Origin: an uncultured Bacilli bacterium | GTDB lineage: Bacteria; Bacillota_I; Bacilli_A; RF39; UBA660 | Reading direction: 5' to 3' | NCBI GenBank assembly: GCA_934091055.1 | Contig: CAKOKN010000002.1 | Location: forward strand, 153 to 64,152 | Length of the DNA stretch: 64,000 nucleotides | In this document: positions 38,456 to 49,726 of the stretch, piece after piece | Layout: each line of letters begins with the position of its first letter | Position numbering within the stretch: position 1 is the stretch's first letter | Made by a program: the position numbers and the translations under genes | The notes under the pieces: generated by a model | What the model saw: only the letters and a program-made list of their open reading frames with translations | What the model was told of the DNA's origin: nothing | The model's database searches: none

Positions 38456-38509
38456 CACTCTAAGTCTAAGATCTTAGAGTGTTATTTTTAGCCTATAGTC
38501 TAAAAATAA
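38456..38509 (+). repeat. Modular stem-loop repeat, locus 6 (2 hairpins)
   Basis: CACTCTAAG-TCTAAGAT-CTTAGAGTG (38456-38481) and TTATTTTTAG-CCTATAGT-CTAAAAATAA (38482-38509). Same stems as locus 2 with different loops. Confidence 0.85.
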
Positions 38510-38516
38510 ATCATTC

Positions 38517-39794
38517 TTATTTATTATTATTATGCAAATATTTAATAGCAGTCTTACTACCAACTTCTCCTAAAAAATCATTATATACATCTTTAATATT
38601 AGGGTTTTGTGAAGAATTTCTAATTTTCATTTTCTTATCACTCTTATACAATGCTTTCATTCTTTTAAGTTTTATATCATTAGTAAGAGGATAAATACGA
38701 GGTTGTCCTCCTCCTGAAGTACATCCGCCTTCACAAGTCATAACTTCAATAAAATCATAATATACTTCATTATTTTTAATCTTTTCAATAACTTTTCTGG
38801 CATCTCCAGTACCATTAATAACACATAACTTTAAGGTAGTTCCATTAATAGTTACTTCTGCCTCCTTAATATTAGATAAACCTCTAACTACTTTAAAATT
38901 AAGAAGCCTTCCTTTAGGATATCTTTTATTTAATATATGATATACCTCTCTTATAGTAGCTTCCATAACACCACCTGAAGAACCAAATATTAAGCCACTA
39001 CCACTACCTTTGCCTAATAAGCTATTATAAGTACCATTTTTAAGCGTAGCAATATTAATATTATTTTCTTTCAAATATCTAGCAAGCTCTCTAGTAGTCA
39101 CAACTAAGTCAATATCTTGATATTTAAACCTTTCCATCTTCTTACTAGTACAAGGAACAATAGCAATACTAATTATGTCTTCTTTTTTAATGTTATTTAT
39201 CTTACTAAAATAATTTTTAATTATAGCTCCTTCCATAAATATAGGACTTCTGCAGGTAGATAAATTATCTTTATATTCAGGATAAAACATATCAACAAAT
39301 TTTACCCAAGAAGGACAACAACTAGTAAACATAGGTAAGTTCTTCTTCTTTTTAATTCTCTCAATTAATTCATTAGCTTCTTCCATAACTGTAAGATCTG
39401 CTCCAAAAGTAGTATCAAAAACATAATTAACTCCTATCATTCTAAGCGCAGTTATCATCTTTCCTTCAACATTAGTACCAACTTTCATACCAAATTCTTC
39501 ACCTAAAGCTACTCTTACTGCAGGAGCAGTTTGTACAACTATTGTTTTACCACTATTTAAATATTCTTTTAACTTATTATTTTCATCTATTTCAGATATA
39601 CATTTCTTAGGACATATAACAGTACAACTACCACAATTAATACAAGGATAATCTAAATCACTATATCCATAAACACCAACATTAATCTTACAAATATTCT
39701 TACATATTCCACATTCATCACATTTAGTTTTATCAAACACAATAGAGGGATTATCTAAACTAATATTTACTCTTTTATCACTAATATCTTTCAT
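38517..39794 (-). CDS. [FeFe]-hydrogenase catalytic subunit (monomeric, two N-terminal 4Fe-4S motifs)
   Basis: Ferredoxin motifs CDECGICKNIC and CINCGSCTVICP. H-cluster motifs FTSCCPSWVKF, VPCTSKKME, EVMTCEGGCTSGGGQP. Start set at MKDISD after an AAGGA-like RBS. Confidence 0.9.
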   Translation of the reverse strand: MKDISDKRVNISLDNPSIVFDKTKCDECGICKNICKINVGVYGYSDLDYPCINCGSCTVICPKKCISEIDENNKLKEYLNSGKTIVVQTAPAVRVALGEEFGMKVGTNVEGKMITALRMIGVNYVFDTTFGADLTVMEEANELIERIKKKKNLPMFTSCCPSWVKFVDMFYPEYKDNLSTCRSPIFMEGAIIKNYFSKINNIKKEDIISIAIVPCTSKKMERFKYQDIDLVVTTRELARYLKENNINIATLKNGTYNSLLGKGSGSGLIFGSSGGVMEATIREVYHILNKRYPKGRLLNFKVVRGLSNIKEAEVTINGTTLKLCVINGTGDARKVIEKIKNNEVYYDFIEVMTCEGGCTSGGGQPRIYPLTNDIKLKRMKALYKSDKKMKIRNSSQNPNIKDVYNDFLGEVGSKTAIKYLHNNNK

Positions 39795-39875
39795 AATACC
39801 AACATCCTTATTTACATAATTATACCACAAAAAGTATAAAAAAAATATCTAGTAAAACTATTACTAGATAAAAGT

Positions 39876-40436
39876 TTATAATTTATGATATTTCTTTAAA
39901 ACTAATTTTCTCGCATCTTCTTGATTATTCTTAATAGCCTTAATAAAGAATTCTTTTTGGATATTATAATACTCTTTCTCTTTATAATATGGAGTAGGAT
40001 TAATAATAGTATTAGCCTTCTCAAAAGAATCACAATCTTTAATATTTACTTTTTTTGCAAAAGTTTGCTCTAAATCTTGATATAATCTATAATCAGCTTT
40101 TTTATCATTATACTTAACTCTAATATCATATGAAGAATGTACTATATCAACATTATCTGAACATCTAAATGTTCCAAGATAAATATATATTTTATTGGTA
40201 TCTTTTTCCTCTATTGAATAAATATATTTATTATATACAGAACAAATAACTTGATCTGTATTATCATAGTTAAGTGCAGTACTACACTTAGATAATCCCA
40301 TTAAATAAATGTACTCACTAACATTAGGGTCCTCCTCAAGTTCTTTAATTCTTTGAACTTTAGCATTTTGTTTTTCATTATTTGCTTTCTTTATTGCAAC
40401 TTCCTCTCTTATTTGTTTTAAAAGTTCTTCTGTCAT
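39876..40436 (-). CDS. Hypothetical protein
   Basis: 186 aa from the ATG after the GGAGGG RBS. No recognisable motif. Confidence 0.45.
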   Translation of the reverse strand: MTEELLKQIREEVAIKKANNEKQNAKVQRIKELEEDPNVSEYIYLMGLSKCSTALNYDNTDQVICSVYNKYIYSIEEKDTNKIYIYLGTFRCSDNVDIVHSSYDIRVKYNDKKADYRLYQDLEQTFAKKVNIKDCDSFEKANTIINPTPYYKEKEYYNIQKEFFIKAIKNNQEDARKLVLKKYHKL

Positions 40437-40697
40437 TATATACCCTCCATAACATAATTTTAACATAAAGAAAAAACTATTACTAGTCTATTCTTCAAAA
40501 TTAATAGGAAGTTCGTTATCATTGGGTCTATCCAAAAAATAATTATTTTGATATTTATGAAATCTATTAACCATAATATTATTTATAGGTATTTTTATAG
40601 GTATTAAAGTATAATCTTATTTAAAACAATGAATTAAGTGGCAAATTTTATGTAATAAATTATAATTTATAGTATAATAAAAAAGAGGTGATATTAT

Positions 40698-42440
40698 ATG
40701 GAATTTAAAGATAAATTTAATGAACTACTTAATAAATTAAACTGTACATCAAGGAAACTATCCGTAGAATCTGGAATATCAGAATCAGTAATAAGCAGAT
40801 ACAGAAGTGGAGAAAGAACTCCAAAGAGTGATAGTAAACAAATAAAAAAAATAATCGAAGCCTTATATAATGTTTCACTAGAACAAAAAAGTCCTAAATA
40901 TACTAGAAAAGACATCGAAAAAATATTAATTAATTCACTAAAAGAACAAAATCCATTTGATTATGATAATTTAAGTAAAAATTTAAATGAATTAATTTTG
41001 GCATTAAATATAAATATAAATGATATGTCTAAGTATATAGTTTTTGATTCTTCACATATATCAAGAATTAGATATGGTAAAACAAAACCTTCTGACCCAT
41101 TAGAGTTTAGTACTAAAATAGCAAACTATATAATGTCAAAGTATAATGGTAATGAAGATAAAAAAGTATTAAAGGAATTAATAAATTGTCAAGATGAAGA
41201 ATTACAAGATAAAAAAATATTTGAAACAATATATAATTATTTAACTAATAGTACTAGTAGTCCATCTAAAGATTATATAAATGATTTTTTAAATAATTTA
41301 GATAACTTTAATTTAAACAACTATATAAAAGCTATAAAATTTGATGAATTAAAGGTTCCTAATCTACCATTTTATATTATAAAGAATAAAACATACTATG
41401 GTATTGAAGAAATGAAAAAAGGAGAACTAGATTTCTTTAAAGCTACTGTTTTATCAAAAAGTAAAGAGGATATCTTTATGTGTAGTGATATGCCTATGGA
41501 AGATATGGCTAAAGATATTGATTTTGGTAAAAAATGGATGTTTGCTATAGCGATGTCATTAAAGAAAGGATTACATATAAATATAATTCATAATTTAGAT
41601 AGACCATTTAATGAAATGATGTTAGGTTTAGAAAGTTGGATACCAATATATATGACTGGACAAGTATCACCATATTATTTAAAAGAAGTAAAAAATACTC
41701 CATATAATCACTTAAATTATGTTTCAGGAGTAGCAGCCTTATCAGGAGAATGCATAAAAGGTTATCATAATAAAGGTAAATATTACTTAACAAGTAACAG
41801 TAGAGAACTAGAATATTATCAAGAAAAGAAAGATTTACTTTTAAAAAAAGCTAATTCATTAATGGATATCTATAATGAGTTAAATATAAATAAACTAAAA
41901 GCATTTCTTTTAAAAGATACTAAAGTAATCGCAGATAGAAAAAGAATTTTATCTTCATTACCATTATTTACAATTAATGATGAACTATTACTTAAAATAT
42001 TAAAGAGAAATAAATTAAGTAAAGAAGAAATAAAAAAGATAGTAAATTACAAAAAAGAAGAAGAAAAAAATATTAATATAATATTAAAGAATAGTATTAT
42101 AACTGATAACATTTTTATCGAAGAAAAAAGCACTTTTGATAAAGATAATATATACTTATCATTAGAAAATATCTTTTACAAAGATAAAATAAAATATACT
42201 TATGAAGAATATAAAGAACATTTAAAAAATACTAGAGATTATTCAAAGAAAAATAAAAACTACAAAATAAATATAAATAATATTAAAACATTTAATAATA
42301 TATCTATAAACATAGTAAAAGATAATTATGTTGTAATAACTAAACAAGACTTTCCTACTATCCACTTTATAATTAGACACCCAAAGTTAATTGATGCAAT
42401 AAATAATTTTAATCCATTGGTAATAGAAAAAGATCTATAG
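40698..42440 (+). CDS. Tandem XRE-type HTH protein with large uncharacterised C-terminal region
   Basis: 580 aa. HTH 1 LNCTSRKLSVESGISESVISRYRSGERTP; HTH 2 LNININDMSKYIVFDSSHISRIRYGKTKP. The remaining ~430 aa have no recognisable motif. GAGGTGA RBS. Confidence 0.6.
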   Translation: MEFKDKFNELLNKLNCTSRKLSVESGISESVISRYRSGERTPKSDSKQIKKIIEALYNVSLEQKSPKYTRKDIEKILINSLKEQNPFDYDNLSKNLNELILALNININDMSKYIVFDSSHISRIRYGKTKPSDPLEFSTKIANYIMSKYNGNEDKKVLKELINCQDEELQDKKIFETIYNYLTNSTSSPSKDYINDFLNNLDNFNLNNYIKAIKFDELKVPNLPFYIIKNKTYYGIEEMKKGELDFFKATVLSKSKEDIFMCSDMPMEDMAKDIDFGKKWMFAIAMSLKKGLHINIIHNLDRPFNEMMLGLESWIPIYMTGQVSPYYLKEVKNTPYNHLNYVSGVAALSGECIKGYHNKGKYYLTSNSRELEYYQEKKDLLLKKANSLMDIYNELNINKLKAFLLKDTKVIADRKRILSSLPLFTINDELLLKILKRNKLSKEEIKKIVNYKKEEEKNINIILKNSIITDNIFIEEKSTFDKDNIYLSLENIFYKDKIKYTYEEYKEHLKNTRDYSKKNKNYKININNIKTFNNISINIVKDNYVVITKQDFPTIHFIIRHPKLIDAINNFNPLVIEKDL

Positions 42441-42466
42441 ACTTTAAAGTTAATAGATCTTTTTAT
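42427..42466 (+). terminator. Intrinsic terminator of the HTH gene
   Basis: Stem AAAAGATCTAT (42427-42438) / ATAGATCTTTT (42453-42464) followed by T residues. The stem overlaps the stop codon. Confidence 0.55.
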
Positions 42467-42580
42467 TAATTATCAAATTTTTCTAGGCAATGTATATATT
42501 CAATTGTTGAGTCTTTTAAATGTTATTATTATCTTCTCCAACAACATATATTTTTAATTTTAAATTTAGTCATAATTATT

Positions 42581-43264
42581 TCATATCTCAATCCATTGAT
42601 TATTTTTCCATATCATATTAAAGTTTTTAGAATTCTTAGCTTCCTTTTTCCATATATAATGTTCAACATCAGCTACATTTAATTCAAGTTCATTGCACGC
42701 TATTTCAAACAATTCAACTGCATACTTGTCATTTACTTTTCTGCCAACTATTTCTGATATTTTATTTTTAATATGGACATCAGGTTTAACAGTATTAGCT
42801 CCTAAAAGCATTCTAATGTATTGAAATGTTGTAAAACCAATACCCGTGACATTAAAATCATTATAATCTTTAATGCTAGATTGACTTGCCCACCTTCTTA
42901 ATGAGAGTAATTCATTTCTACATTTATATAAGTTTGCTATTTCAATAAATCGATTACACAAATTATATAACATTCTGACTCTATCTGGATGATTATAATT
43001 CCAACAATCTTTAAATTCATCAATTCCAACGCTCTCTATCAGCTTACTCAAGTCCTCTAGTGTCATTATATCTGGATATTTGTTTTGAAAATAAGTAATT
43101 CTAGGAACAACAAAAGTATAATATTTTCTGTTTATAGATAAAACAGCATCTAGACATACTAATACAGCATTTTCATAATTGCCAAGTGCCTTTTCTTCTA
43201 CATTATCTATATTAATATCTGATAAATACTCTTTTAATAAAAATAAATCCTTTTCTTTTTTCAT
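42581..43264 (-). CDS. Hypothetical protein with helix-hairpin-helix / EndoIII-like motif
   Basis: 227 aa. VTGIGFTTFQYIRMLLGANTVKPDVHI resembles the HhH plus downstream Asp (xVDTH) arrangement of HhH-GPD glycosylases. Ends in TGA. Confidence 0.35.
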   Translation of the reverse strand: MKKEKDLFLLKEYLSDINIDNVEEKALGNYENAVLVCLDAVLSINRKYYTFVVPRITYFQNKYPDIMTLEDLSKLIESVGIDEFKDCWNYNHPDRVRMLYNLCNRFIEIANLYKCRNELLSLRRWASQSSIKDYNDFNVTGIGFTTFQYIRMLLGANTVKPDVHIKNKISEIVGRKVNDKYAVELFEIACNELELNVADVEHYIWKKEAKNSKNFNMIWKNNQWIEI

Positions 43265-43286
43265 GTGCTTTAATTCCTTTAATAAA

Positions 43287-43889
43287 TTAATAACTTTTAT
43301 TAGGGCTAATATAAGGTTCGTATGTGTTTTTATATTTATTTATAGTTTCACTAACATTAAACCAATAAACATTTGTTAGTATTCCATCAGATGGATCTAC
43401 CTCTGTTCTTTCAAGCTTGCCACCTAATGCTTTTAATGTTCTATCTGATCCAATATTATTAACATCACAATCTAACATAACCTCGTCGAGACCTAGCTTT
43501 TGTGCTTCAATCAAACCTAAATATAAATTTATTTTATTATAGCCTTTTCTTCTTTCTGTTGGTCTAATTCCATAACCAATATGACCTCCAAATTGTAACA
43601 TTGACTCATTTAAATTCCATCTAACATTAATTGCACCAACAATTTTATCATCATTTTCTCTAATAAGTAAAAATGTTTTTGATTGGCATCTCCCAAATTT
43701 TTCTGCATATTCTTTATTTTCCATATTTAAACATCTTTGTAGGGCCTGTTCAAAAGTGTAACCATCAAATATTTTGTTTAATGATCCAATCCCATTCGTA
43801 TCAGAATTATATTCAGCAAGTTCATTAATGTATTCCATTATCTCACTTTTTCTTCCAATTGAGGGCTTTTCTAAATAGAATTTTTCCAT
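43287..43889 (-). CDS. GNAT family N-acetyltransferase
   Basis: 200 aa. GYGIRPTERRKGYNKINLYLGLIEAQKLG acetyl-CoA-binding-type motif (R/QxxGxG/A-like) and VMLDCDVNNIGSDRTLKALGG. Confidence 0.7.
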   Translation of the reverse strand: MEKFYLEKPSIGRKSEIMEYINELAEYNSDTNGIGSLNKIFDGYTFEQALQRCLNMENKEYAEKFGRCQSKTFLLIRENDDKIVGAINVRWNLNESMLQFGGHIGYGIRPTERRKGYNKINLYLGLIEAQKLGLDEVMLDCDVNNIGSDRTLKALGGKLERTEVDPSDGILTNVYWFNVSETINKYKNTYEPYISPNKSY

Positions 43890-44051
43890 AATATTTCTTT
43901 CTAATACTCCTTCTTTAATTAATAACTATTATTTAATCAAAATGTCCACACAACCAAAATTATGTGGACAAATTGTAATCTTTTCTTCATTATTAAATCG
44001 TTTTTTGTAATTCAAAATTTTGAAATCATTTGTTTTATAACGAATTGTAAA

Positions 44052-46550
44052 TTATTTACCACAGCATTGTTTATACTTCTTTCCACTGCCACATGGACAA
44101 GGATCATTTCTACCAACCTTAGTACTCTTCTTTTGTACCTTAGTGTGGTCTTTACTATCGTTAGTAATAGCATTCTTAACAACCTGTTTTCTTTCAATAT
44201 TCTGTCTTATCTCAGACTTCAATAAATAAATACTAATATCTCTATTAATTCTAGCAAGCATTTCATCAAATAGTTGGTAACCTTCCATAGTATATGCCTG
44301 AAGTGGACTAGTATTAGCATAACCTCTAAGACCAATACCATCTCTTAAATGACTCATCGTAGAAATATGTTCCATCCAATAATTATCAATAACTCTAAGA
44401 GAAATAGCTTTTTCAAATTCATCTCTAACTTCCTCAGGAATATCTTCTAATTTCTCTTCATAATCCTTAACAGCATTATTATAGATAATATCAATTACCT
44501 CCTCAGGATGCCTATTATTAATTTCTGCTAGAGTAATTCTATATTTTCTAAGTAAATTCTCATTAACAGCCTCAAGTATTTCACTATAATCATTTTCCTT
44601 AAGTTTATTATTATCCACTAAATGTGAATTAACAATATCACTAATGTAATTTTTAAATCCTTGAAGAACAGACTCATGTATAGAATCATTATCAAGTATT
44701 TCATTTCTCTTGCCATAAATAATTTCTCTTTGATTATTCATAACATCATCATAGTTAAGAAGTTGTTTTCTAATATCAAAGTTATTACCCTCAACCTTTG
44801 TTTGAGCAGACTCAACAGTTTTAGAGAACATTTTATTTTGGATAGCTTGTTCTCCAGTAAATCCTAAGTTTTCCAACATACCTCTATATCTATCTGAACC
44901 AAATCTAACCATCAAATCATCTTCAAATGATACATAAAATTGAGTAAATCCAGGATCTCCTTGTCTTCCACTTCTACCTCTTAACTGATTATCAATTCTT
45001 CTAGATTCGTGTCTTTCACTACCGATAACACACAAACCACCAAGTTCTTTAACACCTTCACCAAGTTTGATATCAGTACCACGACCAGCCATATTAGTGG
45101 CAATGGTAACAGAGCCTTTTTCTCCAGCTTTAGCAATAATTTCAGCCTCTCTTGCGTGGTTCTTAGCATTTAGTACCTCGTGGGGAATTTTCTTTTTAGT
45201 AAGCATCTTACTAAGTAATTCTGAAGTTTCAATAGCAATAGTACCAACAAGTACTGGTTGTCCTAATTTATGTCTTCTTTCTATTTCTTTTACAATAGCA
45301 GAATACTTTCCTGCTTTACCAGGATATAATAAGTCTGTAGCATCCTCTCTAATAACAGGTTTATTTGTAGGAATTTGAATAACAAACATATTATAAATAT
45401 TTCTAAATTCCTCTTCTTCTGTTTTAGCAGTACCAGTCATACCAGCAATTTTATTATACATTCTAAAGTAGTTTTGGAAAGTAATTGTAGCCAAAGTTTT
45501 AGTCTCTTGTTGAATTTTAACACCTTCTTTAGCCTCAATAGCTTGATGAAGTCCATCTGAGAAAGCTCTACCTTTCATAAGTCTACCAGTAAATTGGTCT
45601 ACGATAACAACTTCACCATCTTGTACAACATAATCAACATCTAAACTCATAGTATAATTAGCTTTAAGTGCTTGATTAATATGATGTACTAAAGAAGTAT
45701 TATTAATATCATATAAATTATCTAAATGAAATCTCTCTTCTGCCTTTCTACTGCCTTCTTCAGTAAGACTGACAGCTTTAGTTTTTTCATCCATAATATA
45801 GTCCTCATTTTCATTTAAACTTTTGACAAATCTATCAGCATCCATATATAGATTAGCGGATTGCATAACTCCACCAGATATAATAAGAGGAGTTCTAGCT
45901 TCATCTATTAGAATAGAGTCAACCTCATCGACAATGCAGTAGTTAAGAGGTCTTTGTACTCTATTTTCTTTTTTGACAACCATATTATCTCTTAAATAGT
46001 CAAAACCAAGTTCGTTATTAGTACTATATAAAATATCACAATTATAAGCTTCTTGTTTTTCTTTGAAAGATAACTCTCTTAAATTAAGTCCAACAGTAAG
46101 ACCTAGAAATCTAAATATACTACCCATCCACTCAGAGTCTCTGGTAGACAAGAATTCATTAACTGTAACTATATGAACACCTTTACCTGTTAGAGCGTTT
46201 AAATAAGCAGGAAGTACACAAGTAAGTGTTTTACCTTCACCAGTTTTCATCTCTGCAATATTACCATAGTGAATAGCAAGACCACCTAGTAATTGGCAAT
46301 AGAAAGGCTTCATACCTACACATCTATAAGCTGCTTCTCTAGCAACAGCAAAAGCTTCAACTAATATATCTTCAAGAGTTTCTCCTTCTTCTAATCTTTT
46401 CTTAAATTTATCAGTATAACTAGCAAGTTTTTTATCAGATAATTTACTCATTTCTTCATCTAATGCATCTATTTGATCTGCTAGTTTACTAAATCTATAT
46501 AACTCTTTATACTCATTATCAAATAATTTCTTAAGTGTTTTAAACATCAA
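44052..46550 (-). CDS. secA: Preprotein translocase ATPase SecA
   Basis: 832 aa. MKTGEGKTL Walker [32 protein letters not shown]-terminal zinc motif [14 protein letters not shown]. Confidence 0.97.
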   Translation of the reverse strand: MMFKTLKKLFDNEYKELYRFSKLADQIDALDEEMSKLSDKKLASYTDKFKKRLEEGETLEDILVEAFAVAREAAYRCVGMKPFYCQLLGGLAIHYGNIAEMKTGEGKTLTCVLPAYLNALTGKGVHIVTVNEFLSTRDSEWMGSIFRFLGLTVGLNLRELSFKEKQEAYNCDILYSTNNELGFDYLRDNMVVKKENRVQRPLNYCIVDEVDSILIDEARTPLIISGGVMQSANLYMDADRFVKSLNENEDYIMDEKTKAVSLTEEGSRKAEERFHLDNLYDINNTSLVHHINQALKANYTMSLDVDYVVQDGEVVIVDQFTGRLMKGRAFSDGLHQAIEAKEGVKIQQETKTLATITFQNYFRMYNKIAGMTGTAKTEEEEFRNIYNMFVIQIPTNKPVIREDATDLLYPGKAGKYSAIVKEIERRHKLGQPVLVGTIAIETSELLSKMLTKKKIPHEVLNAKNHAREAEIIAKAGEKGSVTIATNMAGRGTDIKLGEGVKELGGLCVIGSERHESRRIDNQLRGRSGRQGDPGFTQFYVSFEDDLMVRFGSDRYRGMLENLGFTGEQAIQNKMFSKTVESAQTKVEGNNFDIRKQLLNYDDVMNNQREIIYGKRNEILDNDSIHESVLQGFKNYISDIVNSHLVDNNKLKENDYSEILEAVNENLLRKYRITLAEINNRHPEEVIDIIYNNAVKDYEEKLEDIPEEVRDEFEKAISLRVIDNYWMEHISTMSHLRDGIGLRGYANTSPLQAYTMEGYQLFDEMLARINRDISIYLLKSEIRQNIERKQVVKNAITNDSKDHTKVQKKSTKVGRNDPCPCGSGKKYKQCCGK

Positions 46551-46633
46551 ATCATCTCCTAGATAATATTTTACTATATTTTAACTAAAAAAACTAGTAA
46601 ATATTTAATATTTACCATATTTTATTATAGTTT

Positions 46634-46716
46634 CACTTCGTGTCTATAGTCACTCAGTGTTTTTTGAAGCCAAAGGTCTTCAAAAAAGAGTTTTAAAGCC
46701 TAAGGTCTTTAAAACT
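46634..46716 (+). repeat. Modular stem-loop repeat, locus 7 (diverged M1 plus 2 hairpins)
   Basis: ACTTCGTGTCTATAGTCACTCAGT (46635-46658), TTTTTTGAAG-CCAAAGGT-CTTCAAAAAA (46660-46686), AGTTTTAAAG-CCTAAGGT-CTTTAAAACT (46689-46716). Confidence 0.85.
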
Positions 46717-46837
46717 TTAAAGTTATTAATGGTCATTATTACTAAAAAACAAGTCATAATGTGAAGTCGCAGTATAAATATAGACACAAAAAAACAAGTC
46801 TACATTTTTTTGTTATAATAAAATTGAAGGTAAAAAT

Positions 46838-46981
46838 ATGACAAGAATAAGAAAAGAACCAAATAGATATTGGTCAAAAGAAGAAAAGATAAAAATAATT
46901 AATGAAGTATTATTAAATTATAAAATCAATCTATCAACAGCCATTGTGGATAGACTAATACCCAAATTAATTCATATATGA
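46838..46981 (+). pseudogene. Possible remnant of an IS3-family transposase OrfA N-terminus (47 codons)
   Basis: My translation is MTRIRKEPNRYWSKEEKIKIINEVLLNYKINLSTAIVDRLIPKLIHI*. The RxYSxEEKLKIIxE-type start is typical of IS3/IS150 OrfA HTH proteins, but it stops after ~30 matching residues. No inverted repeats identified. Confidence 0.3.
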
Positions 46982-47021
46982 TATAATAATAATATAAACT
47001 ATTAGAAAGGAAGTAAACACT

Positions 47022-47918
47022 ATGAACATAAACTTAGAACTATATAAAACTTTTTATTATGTGGCTAAAAATGGTAATATAACAAGAGCGGCTAATGAAA
47101 TGATGATAAGTCAGCCAGCAATAAGTAAAAGTATTAAGACATTAGAAAATCAAATGGAAGTTAAACTTTTTGTTAGAAAAAGAGAAGGCGTAATATTAAC
47201 TGATGTGGGAGAAACCTTATATAAGAAAATAAAAGAAGCAATGGAATTAATTGAGTCTGCTGAAAATGACATAAAAGCTTTAACAAGTATGGAAATGGGA
47301 GTTATCAATATAGGAGCTAGTAAGACCATTTTACATGAATATTTAATGCCATATATAAAAAAATTTCACAAACAATATCCTAAGATAAATATTAGAATTT
47401 TTACGGATAAGACGGAAGAACTTATAAAAAAATCAAAGATTGGTTTAATTGATATAATATTCACAAATATGCCATACACTATTCCAAAAGAATTTAAAAT
47501 ATATAAATTAATGGAACTGCACGATTGCTTCGTGGCCAACGAAAATTTTAATTATCTAAAAGATAGAAAATTAAAACCAAGTGATTTAGAAAAACTACCA
47601 TTATTAGTATTAACAAAGGGAGCTACGACTAGGATAAGACTAGATGAATATTGTACTGAAAATAAAATAACAATACATCCAGAAATGGAGTTTGGTAGTA
47701 ATACACTTATAAAAGAATTTACTGAAGCAGGTTTTGGAATAGGAATGCTAACATATGAACACGTAAAAAAAGAATTAGATGATGGTACTCTATTTAAATT
47801 GAATATAGAAATACCACTTAAAGAAAAATATTTAGCGATGATCAACAATCCAGAAAATAGAAGTTTAATAACCAAAAACTTTATAAATTATATAAAAGAC
47901 AACACTAGTAATAGCTAA
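47022..47918 (+). CDS. LysR-family transcriptional regulator
   Basis: 298 aa. N-terminal LysR HTH LYKTFYYVAKNGNITRAANEMMISQPAISKSIKTLENQMEVKLFVR plus a substrate-binding-type C-terminus. Confidence 0.88.
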   Translation: MNINLELYKTFYYVAKNGNITRAANEMMISQPAISKSIKTLENQMEVKLFVRKREGVILTDVGETLYKKIKEAMELIESAENDIKALTSMEMGVINIGASKTILHEYLMPYIKKFHKQYPKINIRIFTDKTEELIKKSKIGLIDIIFTNMPYTIPKEFKIYKLMELHDCFVANENFNYLKDRKLKPSDLEKLPLLVLTKGATTRIRLDEYCTENKITIHPEMEFGSNTLIKEFTEAGFGIGMLTYEHVKKELDDGTLFKLNIEIPLKEKYLAMINNPENRSLITKNFINYIKDNTSNS

Positions 47919-49723
47919 TGTTGTCTTTTACCTTTTTTAATATTATTTTCCTCAATTTCATAAATAGAAGCATTCACAAATCTATGAAGTTCAATTAAAT
48001 ATCTAATTGTAGAGGCGTAATCTATATAATCATCATAATTTAATGATCCATCATTGCTTTTTGATAAAGTCAAATCTAAATTATCATCAAATACAGTGTT
48101 ATATATTTCAGCAAATTTTTTATTTATATAAGTTTTAATGTTTTTAATATTTGCAATGTTGTCGCGAATGTTAATAGTAAAAACTTTATTTACCTTACCA
48201 ATAGATATTTTAAATTCACCACTAATAGATATATTAGAATCATCGATAATACTAAAACTAAAATTATATGGTTCGCTGTTATAGTGTTTGTCTTTTTGGT
48301 CAATTAATTTTTGGAAGTCCCTTTTAGATATAGAATAAAAGGTATTTAAAACGTTTACAATATTATTATCAATAGTAGCAGCATTTTTCATAATTACAAG
48401 AATATTATAAATAAAATCTTCATAATTAATATTTGAAGTTAATATTAAATTAATTAAATATTTTGGTAATTTTCTTTGAAAATCATCACTAGCATAACCT
48501 CCATTTAGATGACTAGTATTTAGAATATCCATAATGTTTTTTTGAAAAATCTTGTTACTATTACTTCGAGCATTTTTAATTTGAAATGTTACTTTTTTTA
48601 AGCCATCAATAAGAGTTTCATTAGGAGTTCCATCAAAATTAGTATATCTATCATCAAAGTCATATATTATACCATTATTATTACTATCAGCAAGTTGTTC
48701 TTTTCTTTTCTCTTGCATTTGATCTTGAGAGACAATGGTACTTCTTGAATCTATAAATGTAACATTTGTAGTAAATGTTGTTTGAACTTTAGTTAAATTA
48801 GAGTTAGAAACATTTATATAATTTTTTAAATCTACGCTATTTAGTGCTACTATAGAATATAAACGATAGCATCCTAGTGTATCATCAAATATGGAAATAA
48901 GACCTAAATATCCATCAGTATTAGGAATATTTACAAGACTCATAATCTTTTTTTTAGATTGGTTGCAGACATATGTTAAAGTTTCAGTAGCACGTGAAGG
49001 AACTAAGCCACTTCCAATATTAATACTACTTAAAAGTAATTCTAAACAAGATCTCTTATAACCAATTTTATCAGTGTTATCTTTGTTTTCAAAAGAACTG
49101 TTTTGACTAATATCTATAAATAAATTATCAAACCAAGTTTGTTTAAAATTGCTATCAGTTAACATTGCAACAATTAAGTCAAAATAATTATTATAGTTAA
49201 CATTGTTGCTAGCTAAATAATTAGTCATCTCAGTATTTAAACTATTTCTAATACTGCTCACACTAGGTAATCCAAATAAATGAGGAATATTTTGCCTATC
49301 AATATAAATTCTGTAAGAATTTTCAGTTTGTGTAACAGTTAAGTAGTGTTCACTATATCTATCAACTGTGGTTTTAGCAGTTCTAAAATCATCTCTAATG
49401 GCCCTTTTTGCCAAAATAGGTTCTAAACTAGTATCAGATTTTTCAAGAACTTTTTTTCTAGTGTTTTCTCTATTTTGCATTGAAAATGAAGATAATATAG
49501 AAATATTAGGATCCGCTCCCTTGCTTTTAGTATCATCTTCACCAAGTAAGTTATCTGAATTTAAGCCAGTAGCATTTTGTGAAGTGTTTTTTGCATAGTT
49601 ATTGACGGTTAAAGGAGTATAGGTGGTTATTATTCCAAGGCTCATTAAAATTTCTAGCGAAGACATATCGGGAATATTATTATACCTTATTTGAAATTTA
49701 TTAATGGAACTAATCGAAGACAT
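47915..49723 (-). CDS. Large hypothetical protein (602 aa), second gene of an uncharacterised pair
   Basis: Long uninterrupted ORF. AAGGAGAG RBS embedded in the last codons of the upstream gene, with a 3-nt gap. No TM helix, signal peptide or catalytic motif recognisable by eye. Confidence 0.6.
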   Translation of the reverse strand: MSSISSINKFQIRYNNIPDMSSLEILMSLGIITTYTPLTVNNYAKNTSQNATGLNSDNLLGEDDTKSKGADPNISILSSFSMQNRENTRKKVLEKSDTSLEPILAKRAIRDDFRTAKTTVDRYSEHYLTVTQTENSYRIYIDRQNIPHLFGLPSVSSIRNSLNTEMTNYLASNNVNYNNYFDLIVAMLTDSNFKQTWFDNLFIDISQNSSFENKDNTDKIGYKRSCLELLLSSINIGSGLVPSRATETLTYVCNQSKKKIMSLVNIPNTDGYLGLISIFDDTLGCYRLYSIVALNSVDLKNYINVSNSNLTKVQTTFTTNVTFIDSRSTIVSQDQMQEKRKEQLADSNNNGIIYDFDDRYTNFDGTPNETLIDGLKKVTFQIKNARSNSNKIFQKNIMDILNTSHLNGGYASDDFQRKLPKYLINLILTSNINYEDFIYNILVIMKNAATIDNNIVNVLNTFYSISKRDFQKLIDQKDKHYNSEPYNFSFSIIDDSNISISGEFKISIGKVNKVFTINIRDNIANIKNIKTYINKKFAEIYNTVFDDNLDLTLSKSNDGSLNYDDYIDYASTIRYLIELHRFVNASIYEIEENNIKKGKRQH

Positions 49724-49726
49724 ACA

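Noticed and set aside
38479-38694. Plus-strand ORFs 38479..38694 and 58351..58536 that run across repeat loci.
   Set aside because: They are created by the repeat sequence and read into the antisense of real genes. They have no RBS and no motif.
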